From an uncultured Janthinobacterium sp. (GTDB taxonomy: Bacteria > Vulcanimicrobiota > Vulcanimicrobiia > Vulcanimicrobiales > Vulcanimicrobiaceae): 23,364 nucleotides of DNA. Location of the stretch: contig CAZZXB010000023.1 in the NCBI GenBank assembly GCA_964658025.1, positions 1 to 23,364 on the forward strand, given 5' to 3'. The position numbers and the translations under genes are program-made. Every line of letters begins with the position of its first letter. The stretch's first letter is position 1. Under the pieces are notes generated by a model that worked only from the letters and a program-made list of their open reading frames with translations, made no database searches and was not told the origin of the DNA. This document shows positions 8,424-16,929 of this stretch, in pieces.

Positions 8424-8692
8424 ACCTCGAAGGCGTCGACGGTCGAATACTCGCCGAGCGGCATCTTCCCCGTGCGCACGTCGAAGCACCAGGCGTGCCA
8501 CGGGCACGTCACGACCGCGCCTTCCACGAAACCTTCGGCGAGCGGTCCGCCCTGATGCGGACACGCGTTCTCGATCGCGTAGTACGCGCCGTCGACGTTG
8601 AAGACGGCGACCTCGCGATCGCCGACGACGTAGGCGTGCGCGCCGCCCGCGGGGATGTCTCTCGTGGAACCGACGGCGACGAAACGTGACAT
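8375..8692 (-). CDS. Rieske [2Fe-2S] ferredoxin (NirD/dioxygenase-ferredoxin-like)
   Basis: CPHQGG...CPWHAW Rieske motif; 105 aa from ATG 8692. Confidence 0.93.
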   Translation of the reverse strand: MSRFVAVGSTRDIPAGGAHAYVVGDREVAVFNVDGAYYAIENACPHQGGPLAEGFVEGAVVTCPWHAWCFDVRTGKMPLGEYSTVDAFEVQIEGSTISVSRDPRV

Positions 8693-8916
8693 GGCAGCCG
8701 CACGCATTCGCCGCCCCGCTTCCCCTTCTCATGCTCCGCGCGTAGCGCTCGTGGGTCGGCTCGGGAATGCCGTCGCCCGACGAGACGGGCCGCGCGACGC
8801 CCTCGGCCGGGCGATCCAAACGGAATGCGCGCTTGCGTGTCCGACGTCGACGTCGCGGGGAAACTAACCGCAAGCCCGATGCGGGCGTGCGTGCGACGCG
8901 AGGCCGCCCGGAGCGC

Positions 8917-8945
8917 TGGACGCGGGGGAGCGGCTCTGCTATGAT
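8917..8945 (+). promoter_or_regulatory. Putative sigma70-type promoter for rpsO
   Basis: TGGACG (8917-8922), 17 bp, then TATGAT (8940-8945) with extended -10 TG at 8937-8938. Confidence 0.65.
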
Positions 8946-8952
8946 CCGTCGG

Positions 8953-9030
8953 TCGCCGGCCCGGTCCGTTCCGCGAGGACGATCTCTGGAGCCGAAGCGA
9001 GACGATCCTTGAACGAGGAGCCTCCGTACC
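8953..9030 (+). promoter_or_regulatory. Structured rpsO 5' leader, candidate S15 autoregulatory element
   Basis: Nested pairings TCGC/GCGA, CGGC/GCCG, CCGG/CTGG and a GCGA-capped inner hairpin; TCCTT (9006-9010) can pair with the SD GAGGA (9015-9019). Confidence 0.45.
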
Positions 9031-9300
9031 ATGCCCATCACGAAAGAACAGAAGCAAGAGCTCTCCACGCGCTACGGCCGTACGCCGGGAGATACGGGAT
9101 CCGCGGACGTCCAAGTCGCCGTGTTGACCGCTTCGATCAATCAGCTCACCGAGCACCTCAAGGTCCACAAGAAGGACCATCACAGCCGCCGCGGGCTCTT
9201 GATGCAGGTCGGCCAACGCCGCCGCCTCCTGGGCTACCTCCAGAAAAAAGATCTGGAGCGCTATCGTAAGCTCATCGCCGATCTGGGCCTGCGTCGCTAA
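9031..9300 (+). CDS. rpsO: 30S ribosomal protein S15
   Basis: 89 aa; [35 protein letters not shown]. Confidence 0.99.
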   Translation: MPITKEQKQELSTRYGRTPGDTGSADVQVAVLTASINQLTEHLKVHKKDHHSRRGLLMQVGQRRRLLGYLQKKDLERYRKLIADLGLRR

Positions 9301-9441
9301 CGTCCCGCTGAAGCGGCCCCCGTCGTTAGCGCCATCCGCACGCTTTCGGCCGGATCCGACGAACGCGGGCGGACGGAGCCCCCGACTCGCGCCGCGCGCC
9401 GTCCCTTTCGGCCTTCGGACGGTATCGCAGGCGTCGGGCAC

Positions 9442-10521
9442 GTGACCGACTCCGAGCTTCGCGCGCTCCGCGCGTCGTGCGCCTTCGCGCTCACGCACCA
9501 CGCGCCGGACGGCTATCGCACGTCGCTGCGCGAGATCGCGCGCGACGTCGCGGACGACGAGGTCGCGGATTCGTACGGCTCGGGCGATCGTCTGCAAGCG
9601 TTCGAAGGGCGCATCGCGACCGAACTCGGCATGGAGTCGGCCGTCTTCATGCCGACCGGCACGCTCGCACAACAGATCGCGCTCCGGATCTGGTGCGCGC
9701 GCCGCGGGAACGCTTCGATCGCGTTCCATCCCACGTGTCATCTCGAGATCCACGAAGCGCGCGCGTACGCGTTCTTGCAATCGCTCCACGCGATGACCGT
9801 GGGAAATGCGTCGCGGCTCGTGACGCCGGACGACGTGCGCGCGCTCGGCGTCCCCGTCGGCGCGTTCGTCGTCGAACTCCCGCAACGCGAGATCGGCGCG
9901 CAACTGCCGGCTTGGAACGATCTGCTCGAACTCGTCGCGACGATGCGCGCGACGGGCGCGGCCGTGCATCTCGACGGCGCGCGCTTGTGGGAAGCGGCGC
10001 CGCACTACGGTCGCACGCATGCGGAGATCGCGTCGCTCTTCGACTCGGTCTACGTCTCGTTCTATAAGGGCCTCGGCGCGCTCGCGGGCGCGGTGCTCGC
10101 GGGTCCGGCCGATTTCATCGCGGAGGCGCGCGTGTGGCAACACCGTCACGGCGGACGGCCCGTCACGATCGCGCCGTATCTTCTTTCCGCGGAGCGCGCG
10201 TTCGCGCGCAATCTGCCGAAGATGGCGGCCTTTCGCGAGCGCGCCATCGCGATCGCGCGCGAGATCTCGGATCCCGGGCGGATCGACGTGGTGCCGAATC
10301 CCCCGCACACGAATACGTTTCACGTCCACATCCGCGGAGATCGAGACGCGCTCGAAGCGCGCGCCCACGCCCACGCGCGCGAGCGCGGGACGTTCGTGTT
10401 CGCGCGCCTCGCGCCGACCGTCGTGCCGCAGGTCCAGCGCCTCGAGTTCGTGGTGGGCGACGCGACGATGGCGTTATCGGTCGGTGCGATCGCGGAGATC
10501 TTGCGCGCCGTCGTCGCTTAG
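9442..10521 (+). CDS. ltaE: Low-specificity L-threonine aldolase (PLP-dependent)
   Basis: FMPTGTLAQ, HLEIHE, HLDGARLW, SFYKGLG (PLP lysine). Confidence 0.9.
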   Translation: MTDSELRALRASCAFALTHHAPDGYRTSLREIARDVADDEVADSYGSGDRLQAFEGRIATELGMESAVFMPTGTLAQQIALRIWCARRGNASIAFHPTCHLEIHEARAYAFLQSLHAMTVGNASRLVTPDDVRALGVPVGAFVVELPQREIGAQLPAWNDLLELVATMRATGAAVHLDGARLWEAAPHYGRTHAEIASLFDSVYVSFYKGLGALAGAVLAGPADFIAEARVWQHRHGGRPVTIAPYLLSAERAFARNLPKMAAFRERAIAIAREISDPGRIDVVPNPPHTNTFHVHIRGDRDALEARAHAHARERGTFVFARLAPTVVPQVQRLEFVVGDATMALSVGAIAEILRAVVA

Positions 10522-10654
10522 CGAACCGAGAAGACCGGAACTCGATCGAACGACGCCGAGTCGATGTTCGAGGAGCGCCGTCGGGCGAGGTCGGATCGAG
10601 AATCGCGAATAAAGCGAACCGACGCATCCCATCTCATTTCTTGCGGAGTATCGC

Positions 10655-12559
10655 GTGATTACCAAACGTTCGTTCCCGATCGGCGTCGCGTCGCTCGCCG
10701 TCGCCTTGATCCTCGCGTCCGCCGGCGCGCGGGCGGCGACGCCCGTCGGCACGCCGATCGCGCTCGAAGTCGACGCGAGCGACGCGCCGACCACGAGCGT
10801 CGTCCACGTGCGCGAGACCGTACCCGTCACCGCCGGAACGGTCGATCTCGCCTATCCGCGTTGGGTTCCGGGCGAGCACGGACCCGAAGGGCCGATCCGC
10901 AACCTCGTCGCGTTGCACGTGACGAGCGGGACGCGCGAGATTCCGTGGTCGCGCGATCTCGCCGACCTCAACGTCTTCCACATCGCCGTGCCGAGCGACG
11001 TGACGTCGATCGACGTCGCGTTCGACGCGCTCAACGCCGGCGGCGGGACGTACGGCGAGTCGCGGCTCGCGACGAGCACGATCCTCGCGATTAATTGGAA
11101 CCAATATCTGCTCTATCCCGCGCACGCGACGATCTCGACCGTCTCGTTCGCGCCGACGCTCGTGTTGCCGAGCGCGGCGTGGACGGCGCAAACGGCGCTG
11201 CCCGATCCCGTCGTCTCCGGCAACCGCGTGTCGTACGCGCCCGCGACGATGGAACGGCTCGTCGATTCGCCGCTCGACGCCGGGACCGTCTTCAAGAAGT
11301 TTACGTTACTCGATCGCGACGGGTTCACGAACGAGCTCGACGCGTTCGCCGATCGTCCGGCGCAACTCGAACTGCCCGATAAATCGCTCGACGGCTTGCG
11401 CGCGATCGTCGGCGAGATGGACGCGATCTACGGCGCGCGTCATTGGAAGAACTATCACTTCCTCCTCACCGTCAGCGACATCATGCCCGGAAACGGCGTC
11501 GAGCACGGGAGTTCGAGCGACGACGGAAGCGGCGGCGACGCGCTCACCGATCCCAAGTCGTTCTACGGCACCGCGGACTTACTGTCGCACGAATTCAATC
11601 ATTCGTGGGACGGAAAGTATCGGCGACCCGCGGACTTGGCGGTCGACGATTTTCTCAAGCCCGAGCAGACGGAATTGCTGTGGATCTACGAAGGCATGAC
11701 GCAGTACTACGGCGATCTCGTGCCCGTCCGCGCCGGCATCACGCCGGTCGCCTTCTACCGCGACGGGCTCGCGCTCGATTATGCGAACGAAGATCACGAG
11801 CCGGGCCGGAAGGTCCGCCCGCTCATCGACACGGCGGCGTCGGCGCCGTTTCTCTACGACGCCGGTCGCGCGCTCGGCGGCGAACGTCGGACGGCGGGCG
11901 ATTTCTACGTGGAGGGCAAGTTGCTCTGGCTCGACGTGCACGCGCGACTCGCCGAACTCTCGCACGGCAAGAAGAACCTCGACGGGTTCGCGAAGACGTT
12001 CTTCGGGATCCGCAACACGCCGTCCGAAGTGAATCCGTACACCTACGAACAATTCGTCGCGGCGCTGAACGCCTATCAGCCCTACGATTGGGACGGATAT
12101 TTCAAGTCGCGCGTCTATCGCGTCGCGCTCCATCCGCCGAGCGCGTTCGAAGCGCTCGGCTATCGCCTCGCGTACACGGACAAGCCGAACGAAGATCTCG
12201 CGTTACGTCTCAAAGAGGGCCACGGCTTCTCGGCCGCCTACTCGCTCGGCATCAGCGGCAACGCGAAGGGCGAGATCTCCGAAGCATACGCGGGCATGCC
12301 GGCCGCGCGCGCGGGGGTCGGCTTCGGCGACACGGTCGTCGCCGTCGACGGTCGCGAATTCGATTCCGATACGCTCGGCGACGAGCTCGTCGCCGCGAAG
12401 AAGGCCGGGACCCCGATGAGCTTCATCCTCAAACGCGGTAACCTGTACCGCACGGTTACCGTCGACTATCACGGCGGCCCGCTCTACCCGCACCTCGTCC
12501 GCATCGACGGCACCGCCGACGGGATCGCGCCGCTCGCGGCCGCGCATCGAGCGCGCTAG
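10655..12559 (+). CDS. M61 family glycyl aminopeptidase with C-terminal PDZ domain, secreted
   Basis: Signal peptide; WVPGEH, GVEH, HEFNHSW zinc motif, LWIYEGMTQYYG; PDZ-like PAARAGVGFGDTVVAVDG. Confidence 0.93.
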   Translation: MITKRSFPIGVASLAVALILASAGARAATPVGTPIALEVDASDAPTTSVVHVRETVPVTAGTVDLAYPRWVPGEHGPEGPIRNLVALHVTSGTREIPWSRDLADLNVFHIAVPSDVTSIDVAFDALNAGGGTYGESRLATSTILAINWNQYLLYPAHATISTVSFAPTLVLPSAAWTAQTALPDPVVSGNRVSYAPATMERLVDSPLDAGTVFKKFTLLDRDGFTNELDAFADRPAQLELPDKSLDGLRAIVGEMDAIYGARHWKNYHFLLTVSDIMPGNGVEHGSSSDDGSGGDALTDPKSFYGTADLLSHEFNHSWDGKYRRPADLAVDDFLKPEQTELLWIYEGMTQYYGDLVPVRAGITPVAFYRDGLALDYANEDHEPGRKVRPLIDTAASAPFLYDAGRALGGERRTAGDFYVEGKLLWLDVHARLAELSHGKKNLDGFAKTFFGIRNTPSEVNPYTYEQFVAALNAYQPYDWDGYFKSRVYRVALHPPSAFEALGYRLAYTDKPNEDLALRLKEGHGFSAAYSLGISGNAKGEISEAYAGMPAARAGVGFGDTVVAVDGREFDSDTLGDELVAAKKAGTPMSFILKRGNLYRTVTVDYHGGPLYPHLVRIDGTADGIAPLAAAHRAR

Positions 12560-12735
12560 CGTCCCGCCGAAAATCGCCCGAGAACGTCGAAAGCCGCCCG
12601 GCGAAGGGCGGCTTTTTCGTGGGCTCGATTCGGTCGCTTCTTGTTCTCGTGCGCGCCCCCCGGCCGCAGATTCGTCGGGGGACCGAGCCGCGGAACGACG
12701 GCGACGGAGCGGGGCTGCTTGCTCGATTTTGCCAT
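12556..12735 (-). CDS. Small basic protein (59 aa), candidate ArfA/BrfA-like alternative ribosome-rescue factor
   Basis: SD GGAGGA 7 nt before ATG 12735; MAKSSKQPRSVAVVPRLGPPTNLRPGGAHENKKRPNRAHEKAALRRAAFDVLGRFSAGR (14 K/R vs 3 D/E); internal hairpin at codons 41-49. Function is inference. Confidence 0.65.
   Translation of the reverse strand: MAKSSKQPRSVAVVPRLGPPTNLRPGGAHENKKRPNRAHEKAALRRAAFDVLGRFSAGR
12590..12617. terminator. Intrinsic terminator hairpin after the M61 gene, potentially bidirectional
   Basis: AAAGCCGCCC-GGCGAA-GGGCGGCTTT followed by TT (T5 on plus, T3 on minus). Confidence 0.85.
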
Positions 12736-12882
12736 GGTCGTGTCCTCCGGTCCCTTCCAACACCGTCGGAACACCGCCGGTTCCGGCGCGAGCGTCCCCG
12801 TAAAGGCCTCCCGGCGGCGATTTCCGAATCCGGAACCGTTAACGAAAAAGTACAACGAAAAGCAACAGCAATAGGAGCACCT

Positions 12883-15129
12883 GTGCCAGATACCGTCTCG
12901 CTCGAGATCGGTGGCCGGACGCTTGTCATCGAAACCGGTGAGTTGGCCAAGCAAGCCAACGGCAGCGCCCTCGTCCGCTACGGCGATCAGAACGTCGTTC
13001 TCGCCGCCGTCACCGCATCCGACAAGCCTCGCGAAGGCATCGATTTCTTTCCCCTGACCTGCGACTTCGAAGAGAAGATGTACGCGGCGGGCAAAATTCC
13101 CGGCGGCTACATCAAACGCGAAGGCCGCCCCTCAGAACACGGCGTGCTCTCCGCGCGCCAGATCGATCGTCCGATCCGTCCGTTATTCCCGGACGGTTTC
13201 CGTAACGACGTGCAGATCATCACGACCGTCTTATCGATCGATTCCGAACTCGATGCCGACGTGCTCGCGGTCTGCGCCGCGGGCGCGGCGCTCGCCGTCT
13301 CCGACGTGCCGTTTTCGAAAACGGTCGCCGCGGTCCGCGTCGGTCGCGACGAAGACAAGAAGTATATCTGTAACCCGACGATGCCGCAGTACGAAACGGG
13401 CGGCATGGATATCGTCGTCGCCGGGACGTCCGATGCGGTGATGATGGTCGAAGGCGGCGGCAACGAGATCTCCGAGGAAGACTTCCTCGGCGCGGTCGCG
13501 TTCGCGCACGACGAGATCAAGAAGATCGTCAAAGCGATCGATCAGCTCGCGAAAAAAGCGGGCAAACCGAAACGCGACTTCGCGATCCCCGAAAAAGATG
13601 CGGCGCTCGTGGCGTGGGTCGAGAAGACGTTCAAGAAGGACGTCGCCAAAGCGATGCGCGTCACCGAGAAGGGCGAACGCAACGACGCGTTCGCGAAGCT
13701 CACGCGTACCGAAGCGATCGCGCGTTGCAAGAAAACCGACGACGCGATCAAAGCGAAGCTCGAGAATCCGAGCAATAAGGATTTCGAGAAGATCATCAAG
13801 GTGATGGAAGAGGAAGAGCTTCGCATCATGGTGGTCGACGAGAAGATCCGTCCCGACGGCCGCAAGCCCGGCGACATCCGCGCGATCTGGTCGAAGGTCC
13901 ATTACGTGCCGCGCGTGCACGGTTCGGGCGTGTTCCAACGCGGACAGACGCAGGTCTTCACCGCGGCGACGCTCGGCTCGATCTCGGACGAACAGCGTCT
14001 CGACGGAATCATGGCGATTCCGAACAAGCGCTACATGCACTACTACAACTTCCCGCCGTATTCGACGGGTGAGACGCGTCCGATGCGCGCGCCCGGCCGT
14101 CGCGAGATCGGTCACGGCCATCTCGCCGAACGCGCGCTCGTCCCGGTGTTACCGCCGATCGAGGAGTTTCCGTACACGCTGCGGCTCATCAGCGAAGTGC
14201 TCGAGTCCAACGGGTCGTCGTCGATGGCGTCGGTCTGCGGCTCGACGCTCGCGCTCATGGACGCGGGCGTCCCGATCGCGAAGCACGTCGCGGGCGTCGC
14301 GATGGGGCTCGTGCTCCACGGCAAGAAGCACGCGATCCTCACCGACATCCAGGGTCTCGAGGACGCCCTCGGCGAGATGGATTTCAAGGTCGCCGGAACG
14401 GTCGACGGGATCACCGCGATCCAGATGGACATCAAGGTCGCGGGCATCACGATCGACATCATGCGCGAGGCGATGACCGAGGCGAAAAAATCGCGTCTCT
14501 TCATCATCGACAAGCTCAAGGAGACGATCGAGACGCCGCGCACGGAGCTCTCGCCGTACGCGCCGCGGATGCTCGTCCTCACGATCAGTCCCGATAAGAT
14601 CAAAGACGTGATCGGCCCCGGCGGTAAGGTGATCAATAAGATCATCGCGGACACGGGCGTCAAGATCGACATCGAGAACGACGGCCGCGTCTTCATCGCC
14701 TCGCCCGACGGCGTCGGTGCGGAAAAAGCCAAGAAGATGGTCGAGGCGCTCACGAAAGACGTCGTGGTCGGCGAGACCTATATGGGCACGGTCACGCGTC
14801 TCATGAACTTCGGCGCGTTCGTCGCCGTGCTTCCGGGCAAGGAAGGCCTCGTCCACATCAGCCAACTCGCGCCGCAACGCGTCGAGCGGGTCGAGGACGT
14901 CGTGAAGATCGGCGACGAGATCATGGTGAAGGTCGTCGAGATCGACTCGCAGGGTCGCATGAATCTGAGCCGCAAGGCCGTCCTCGGCGGCGGTTCGGGC
15001 GACGAGAGCGACTACGTGCCGTCGCGGCCGCCGCCGCGCGGGAACGGCGAGTTCCGTCCCAATAACGGTCCGGGCAACGCGCCCGCGCCGAACGGACCGA
15101 GCGGCGGCCGCCGCCGACGCTCCGAGTAG
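12883..15129 (+). CDS. pnp: Polyribonucleotide nucleotidyltransferase (PNPase)
   Basis: Start reassigned to GTG 12883 (SD AGGAG at 12873-12877); DFFPLT, KIPGG, RREIGHG, SNGSSSMAS, MDFKVAG, KH (IGPGGK) and S1 domains. Confidence 0.98.
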   Translation: MPDTVSLEIGGRTLVIETGELAKQANGSALVRYGDQNVVLAAVTASDKPREGIDFFPLTCDFEEKMYAAGKIPGGYIKREGRPSEHGVLSARQIDRPIRPLFPDGFRNDVQIITTVLSIDSELDADVLAVCAAGAALAVSDVPFSKTVAAVRVGRDEDKKYICNPTMPQYETGGMDIVVAGTSDAVMMVEGGGNEISEEDFLGAVAFAHDEIKKIVKAIDQLAKKAGKPKRDFAIPEKDAALVAWVEKTFKKDVAKAMRVTEKGERNDAFAKLTRTEAIARCKKTDDAIKAKLENPSNKDFEKIIKVMEEEELRIMVVDEKIRPDGRKPGDIRAIWSKVHYVPRVHGSGVFQRGQTQVFTAATLGSISDEQRLDGIMAIPNKRYMHYYNFPPYSTGETRPMRAPGRREIGHGHLAERALVPVLPPIEEFPYTLRLISEVLESNGSSSMASVCGSTLALMDAGVPIAKHVAGVAMGLVLHGKKHAILTDIQGLEDALGEMDFKVAGTVDGITAIQMDIKVAGITIDIMREAMTEAKKSRLFIIDKLKETIETPRTELSPYAPRMLVLTISPDKIKDVIGPGGKVINKIIADTGVKIDIENDGRVFIASPDGVGAEKAKKMVEALTKDVVVGETYMGTVTRLMNFGAFVAVLPGKEGLVHISQLAPQRVERVEDVVKIGDEIMVKVVEIDSQGRMNLSRKAVLGGGSGDESDYVPSRPPPRGNGEFRPNNGPGNAPAPNGPSGGRRRRSE

Positions 15130-15150
15130 CGCTCGCGACCGAACGCTCCG

Positions 15151-15185
15151 AAACCGGAGACGCAAAATCGCGTCTCCGGTTTTTT
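15151..15185. terminator. Intrinsic terminator between convergent pnp and acyltransferase genes (likely bidirectional)
   Basis: AAACCGGAGACGC-AAAATC-GCGTCTCCGGTTT plus TTT; 13-bp stem abutting the acyltransferase stop. Confidence 0.92.
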
Positions 15186-16409
15186 CTATCTCGCGATCGG
15201 CACCGCGTCGCGCGCGTCGCGCATCGTATCCTTGAGGTCGAGGATCGGTCGCTCGACGAATCGGTGTAACACGTACGCGACGACCGCGACGAGCGCGACC
15301 GAAACGACGCCGACTTCGAAAAACGCGCCGAGCCCCTGCGGCCGGTGCAACGCTCGCGAGACGCCGTCGATGATCGGCCAGTGGACGAGATAGACGGCGT
15401 ACGAGAGCGCCGCGGCGGTCGTGACGAACGTCGTCCCCGTGAGGCGCGTGAGCAACGGCAGACGACCCTCGGAGAGCCCGAAGAAGATCAACGAGACCGA
15501 TAACGCCGCGAGCGTTTCGTTGAACGTCAGCCAGACGATCCGCGCGAGCGTCTCCGGCGCGTTCGGATCGGCGTCGACGCGCGTGACGAGTTGCAAGAAC
15601 GCGATGGCGACTCCGACGACGACGAGCGACGTGAAGAGCACGGGCTTGCGCGGCATCCGATCGTGCCAGATGAGCGCGACGGCCGCGAGGAACATCCCGA
15701 GCGCGAACGTCCCCGAGAACCCGACGACGTTACGGATGTAGACGACGTCGGCCGTGAACGTGCCGAGATTCGGAAAGTGCGAATACATCACGTAGCGGAA
15801 GACGATCGAGCCCACGAACGTGAGCGCGAGCACGGCGAAGACGACGGACCGCCGCACCGCCCGATCGCGTCCGCGCAGCAGCCACGCGAGCGCCGCCGCG
15901 GCGAGCGGCAACACGAGATAGAATTCGATATCGACCGCCATGGTCCAGAGCGGACCGTTCACGGTCGTCGCGTGACGGATATCGAGCGTGTGCAACATGA
16001 GCAGGTGCGTGGAGATGTCGGCGAACGACGGCACCGCGTGATACGTGAGCGTGACGAGCACGACGCTGAAGACGATCGCGACCGCGTAGAGCGGATAGAT
16101 CCTCAGGAAACGCCGCGTATAGAATAATTTCGTCGACGGCATCTTCCGCGCGGGATCGAGGAGCATCGCGATATACGGCCGACCGAGTAAGTATCCGCTC
16201 AACACGAAGAAACAGTTGACGCCCCAGATTCCGAGGTATCCGAACTCGTACGGCCGGTGATGGCCGATCGCGGGACGCGTCAGGTACACGAGGTGATGGA
16301 GGACGACGACGAAGATGGCCGTGGCTCGCAGAGCGTCGGCGTACGCGAGATGGAGGTTTCGCGGTTCCGTTACCTCCGTGCGCCGCTCGGCCGCGAGTGA
16401 GTTCGCCAC
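15186..16409 (-). CDS. Acyltransferase family 3 (OafA/YrhL-like membrane O-acyltransferase)
   Basis: DALRATAIFVVVLHH, GVNCFFVLSGYL, RRFLRIYPLY, LWTMAVDIEFY, SYAVYLVHWP, VERP motifs; SD GAGGA before GTG. Confidence 0.93.
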   Translation of the reverse strand: MANSLAAERRTEVTEPRNLHLAYADALRATAIFVVVLHHLVYLTRPAIGHHRPYEFGYLGIWGVNCFFVLSGYLLGRPYIAMLLDPARKMPSTKLFYTRRFLRIYPLYAVAIVFSVVLVTLTYHAVPSFADISTHLLMLHTLDIRHATTVNGPLWTMAVDIEFYLVLPLAAAALAWLLRGRDRAVRRSVVFAVLALTFVGSIVFRYVMYSHFPNLGTFTADVVYIRNVVGFSGTFALGMFLAAVALIWHDRMPRKPVLFTSLVVVGVAIAFLQLVTRVDADPNAPETLARIVWLTFNETLAALSVSLIFFGLSEGRLPLLTRLTGTTFVTTAAALSYAVYLVHWPIIDGVSRALHRPQGLGAFFEVGVVSVALVAVVAYVLHRFVERPILDLKDTMRDARDAVPIAR

Positions 16410-16544
16410 GAGATCCTCTTTCCGAAACGAGTAAACGAGTAGGGAAACCCAAGGCTCGTTCGCGCACCGCGTTCCGAAGCCCGGCCGGGCGGCGTCGCGC
16501 GCGGATCGCTCGTTTCGAGGAACGCGCGTCGCCGCGCGCGCGCG

Positions 16545-16829
16545 TCAGCCTCCGACGAACCCGCGATACGGCAATAACGGGACGATCGTGACGTCCATCA
16601 TTTCGTGGATCGCGAACGGCAGGGTCGCGACGATGGCTTCGGCCTCCGCGACGTCGGCGGCTTCCACGGTGATGACCGCGCCCGGAACGTCGCCGCGCGA
16701 ACGGATATCGACGAAACGGTTTTCCGCGTAGAGCGCGCGCGCGCGGTCCGCTTCTTCGTCGAGGCGGCGGGCGAAGTCGTCGGGTGAGAAACGCTCCGTC
16801 CGGCGACGGGTGATCGCGAGAAAATGCAC
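16545..16829 (-). CDS. Muconolactone delta-isomerase-like protein (dimeric alpha+beta barrel)
   Basis: Start reassigned to GTG 16829 (94 aa); EEADRARALY...AEAIVATLPF...VPLLPY pattern typical of CatC/YCII-like proteins. Confidence 0.72.
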   Translation of the reverse strand: MHFLAITRRRTERFSPDDFARRLDEEADRARALYAENRFVDIRSRGDVPGAVITVEAADVAEAEAIVATLPFAIHEMMDVTIVPLLPYRGFVGG

Positions 16830-16929
16830 GATCGTCCGTTCGCGACGGCACGCCCCGCTTCCGTCGCGGAGGCGTCGGTGCGGGGCCGGTAAAACGGCGC
16901 GACCTCCGCCGGCGTCGAAGCATCTCGCA

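Noticed and set aside
8509..10374. 621-aa minus-strand ORF and other long Arg-rich ORFs (15730-17829, 5489-7096, 2618-3712, 14149-15165)
   Set aside because: Shadow frames overlapping clearly recognisable genes; Arg/Ala-rich composition and scarce stops are expected in high-GC DNA.
12619..12882. 88-aa N-terminal extension of PNPase in the ORF track
   Set aside because: PNPase similarity starts at GTG 12883, which has a good SD; the extension overlaps the antisense sORF. Similar over-extended starts were trimmed for fni, mqnL, mqnP, ytrA, the HTH gene and both permeases.
14985..15129. Gly/Pro/Arg-rich C-terminal tail of PNPase
   Set aside because: Disordered basic tails after the S1 domain are common in bacterial PNPases.
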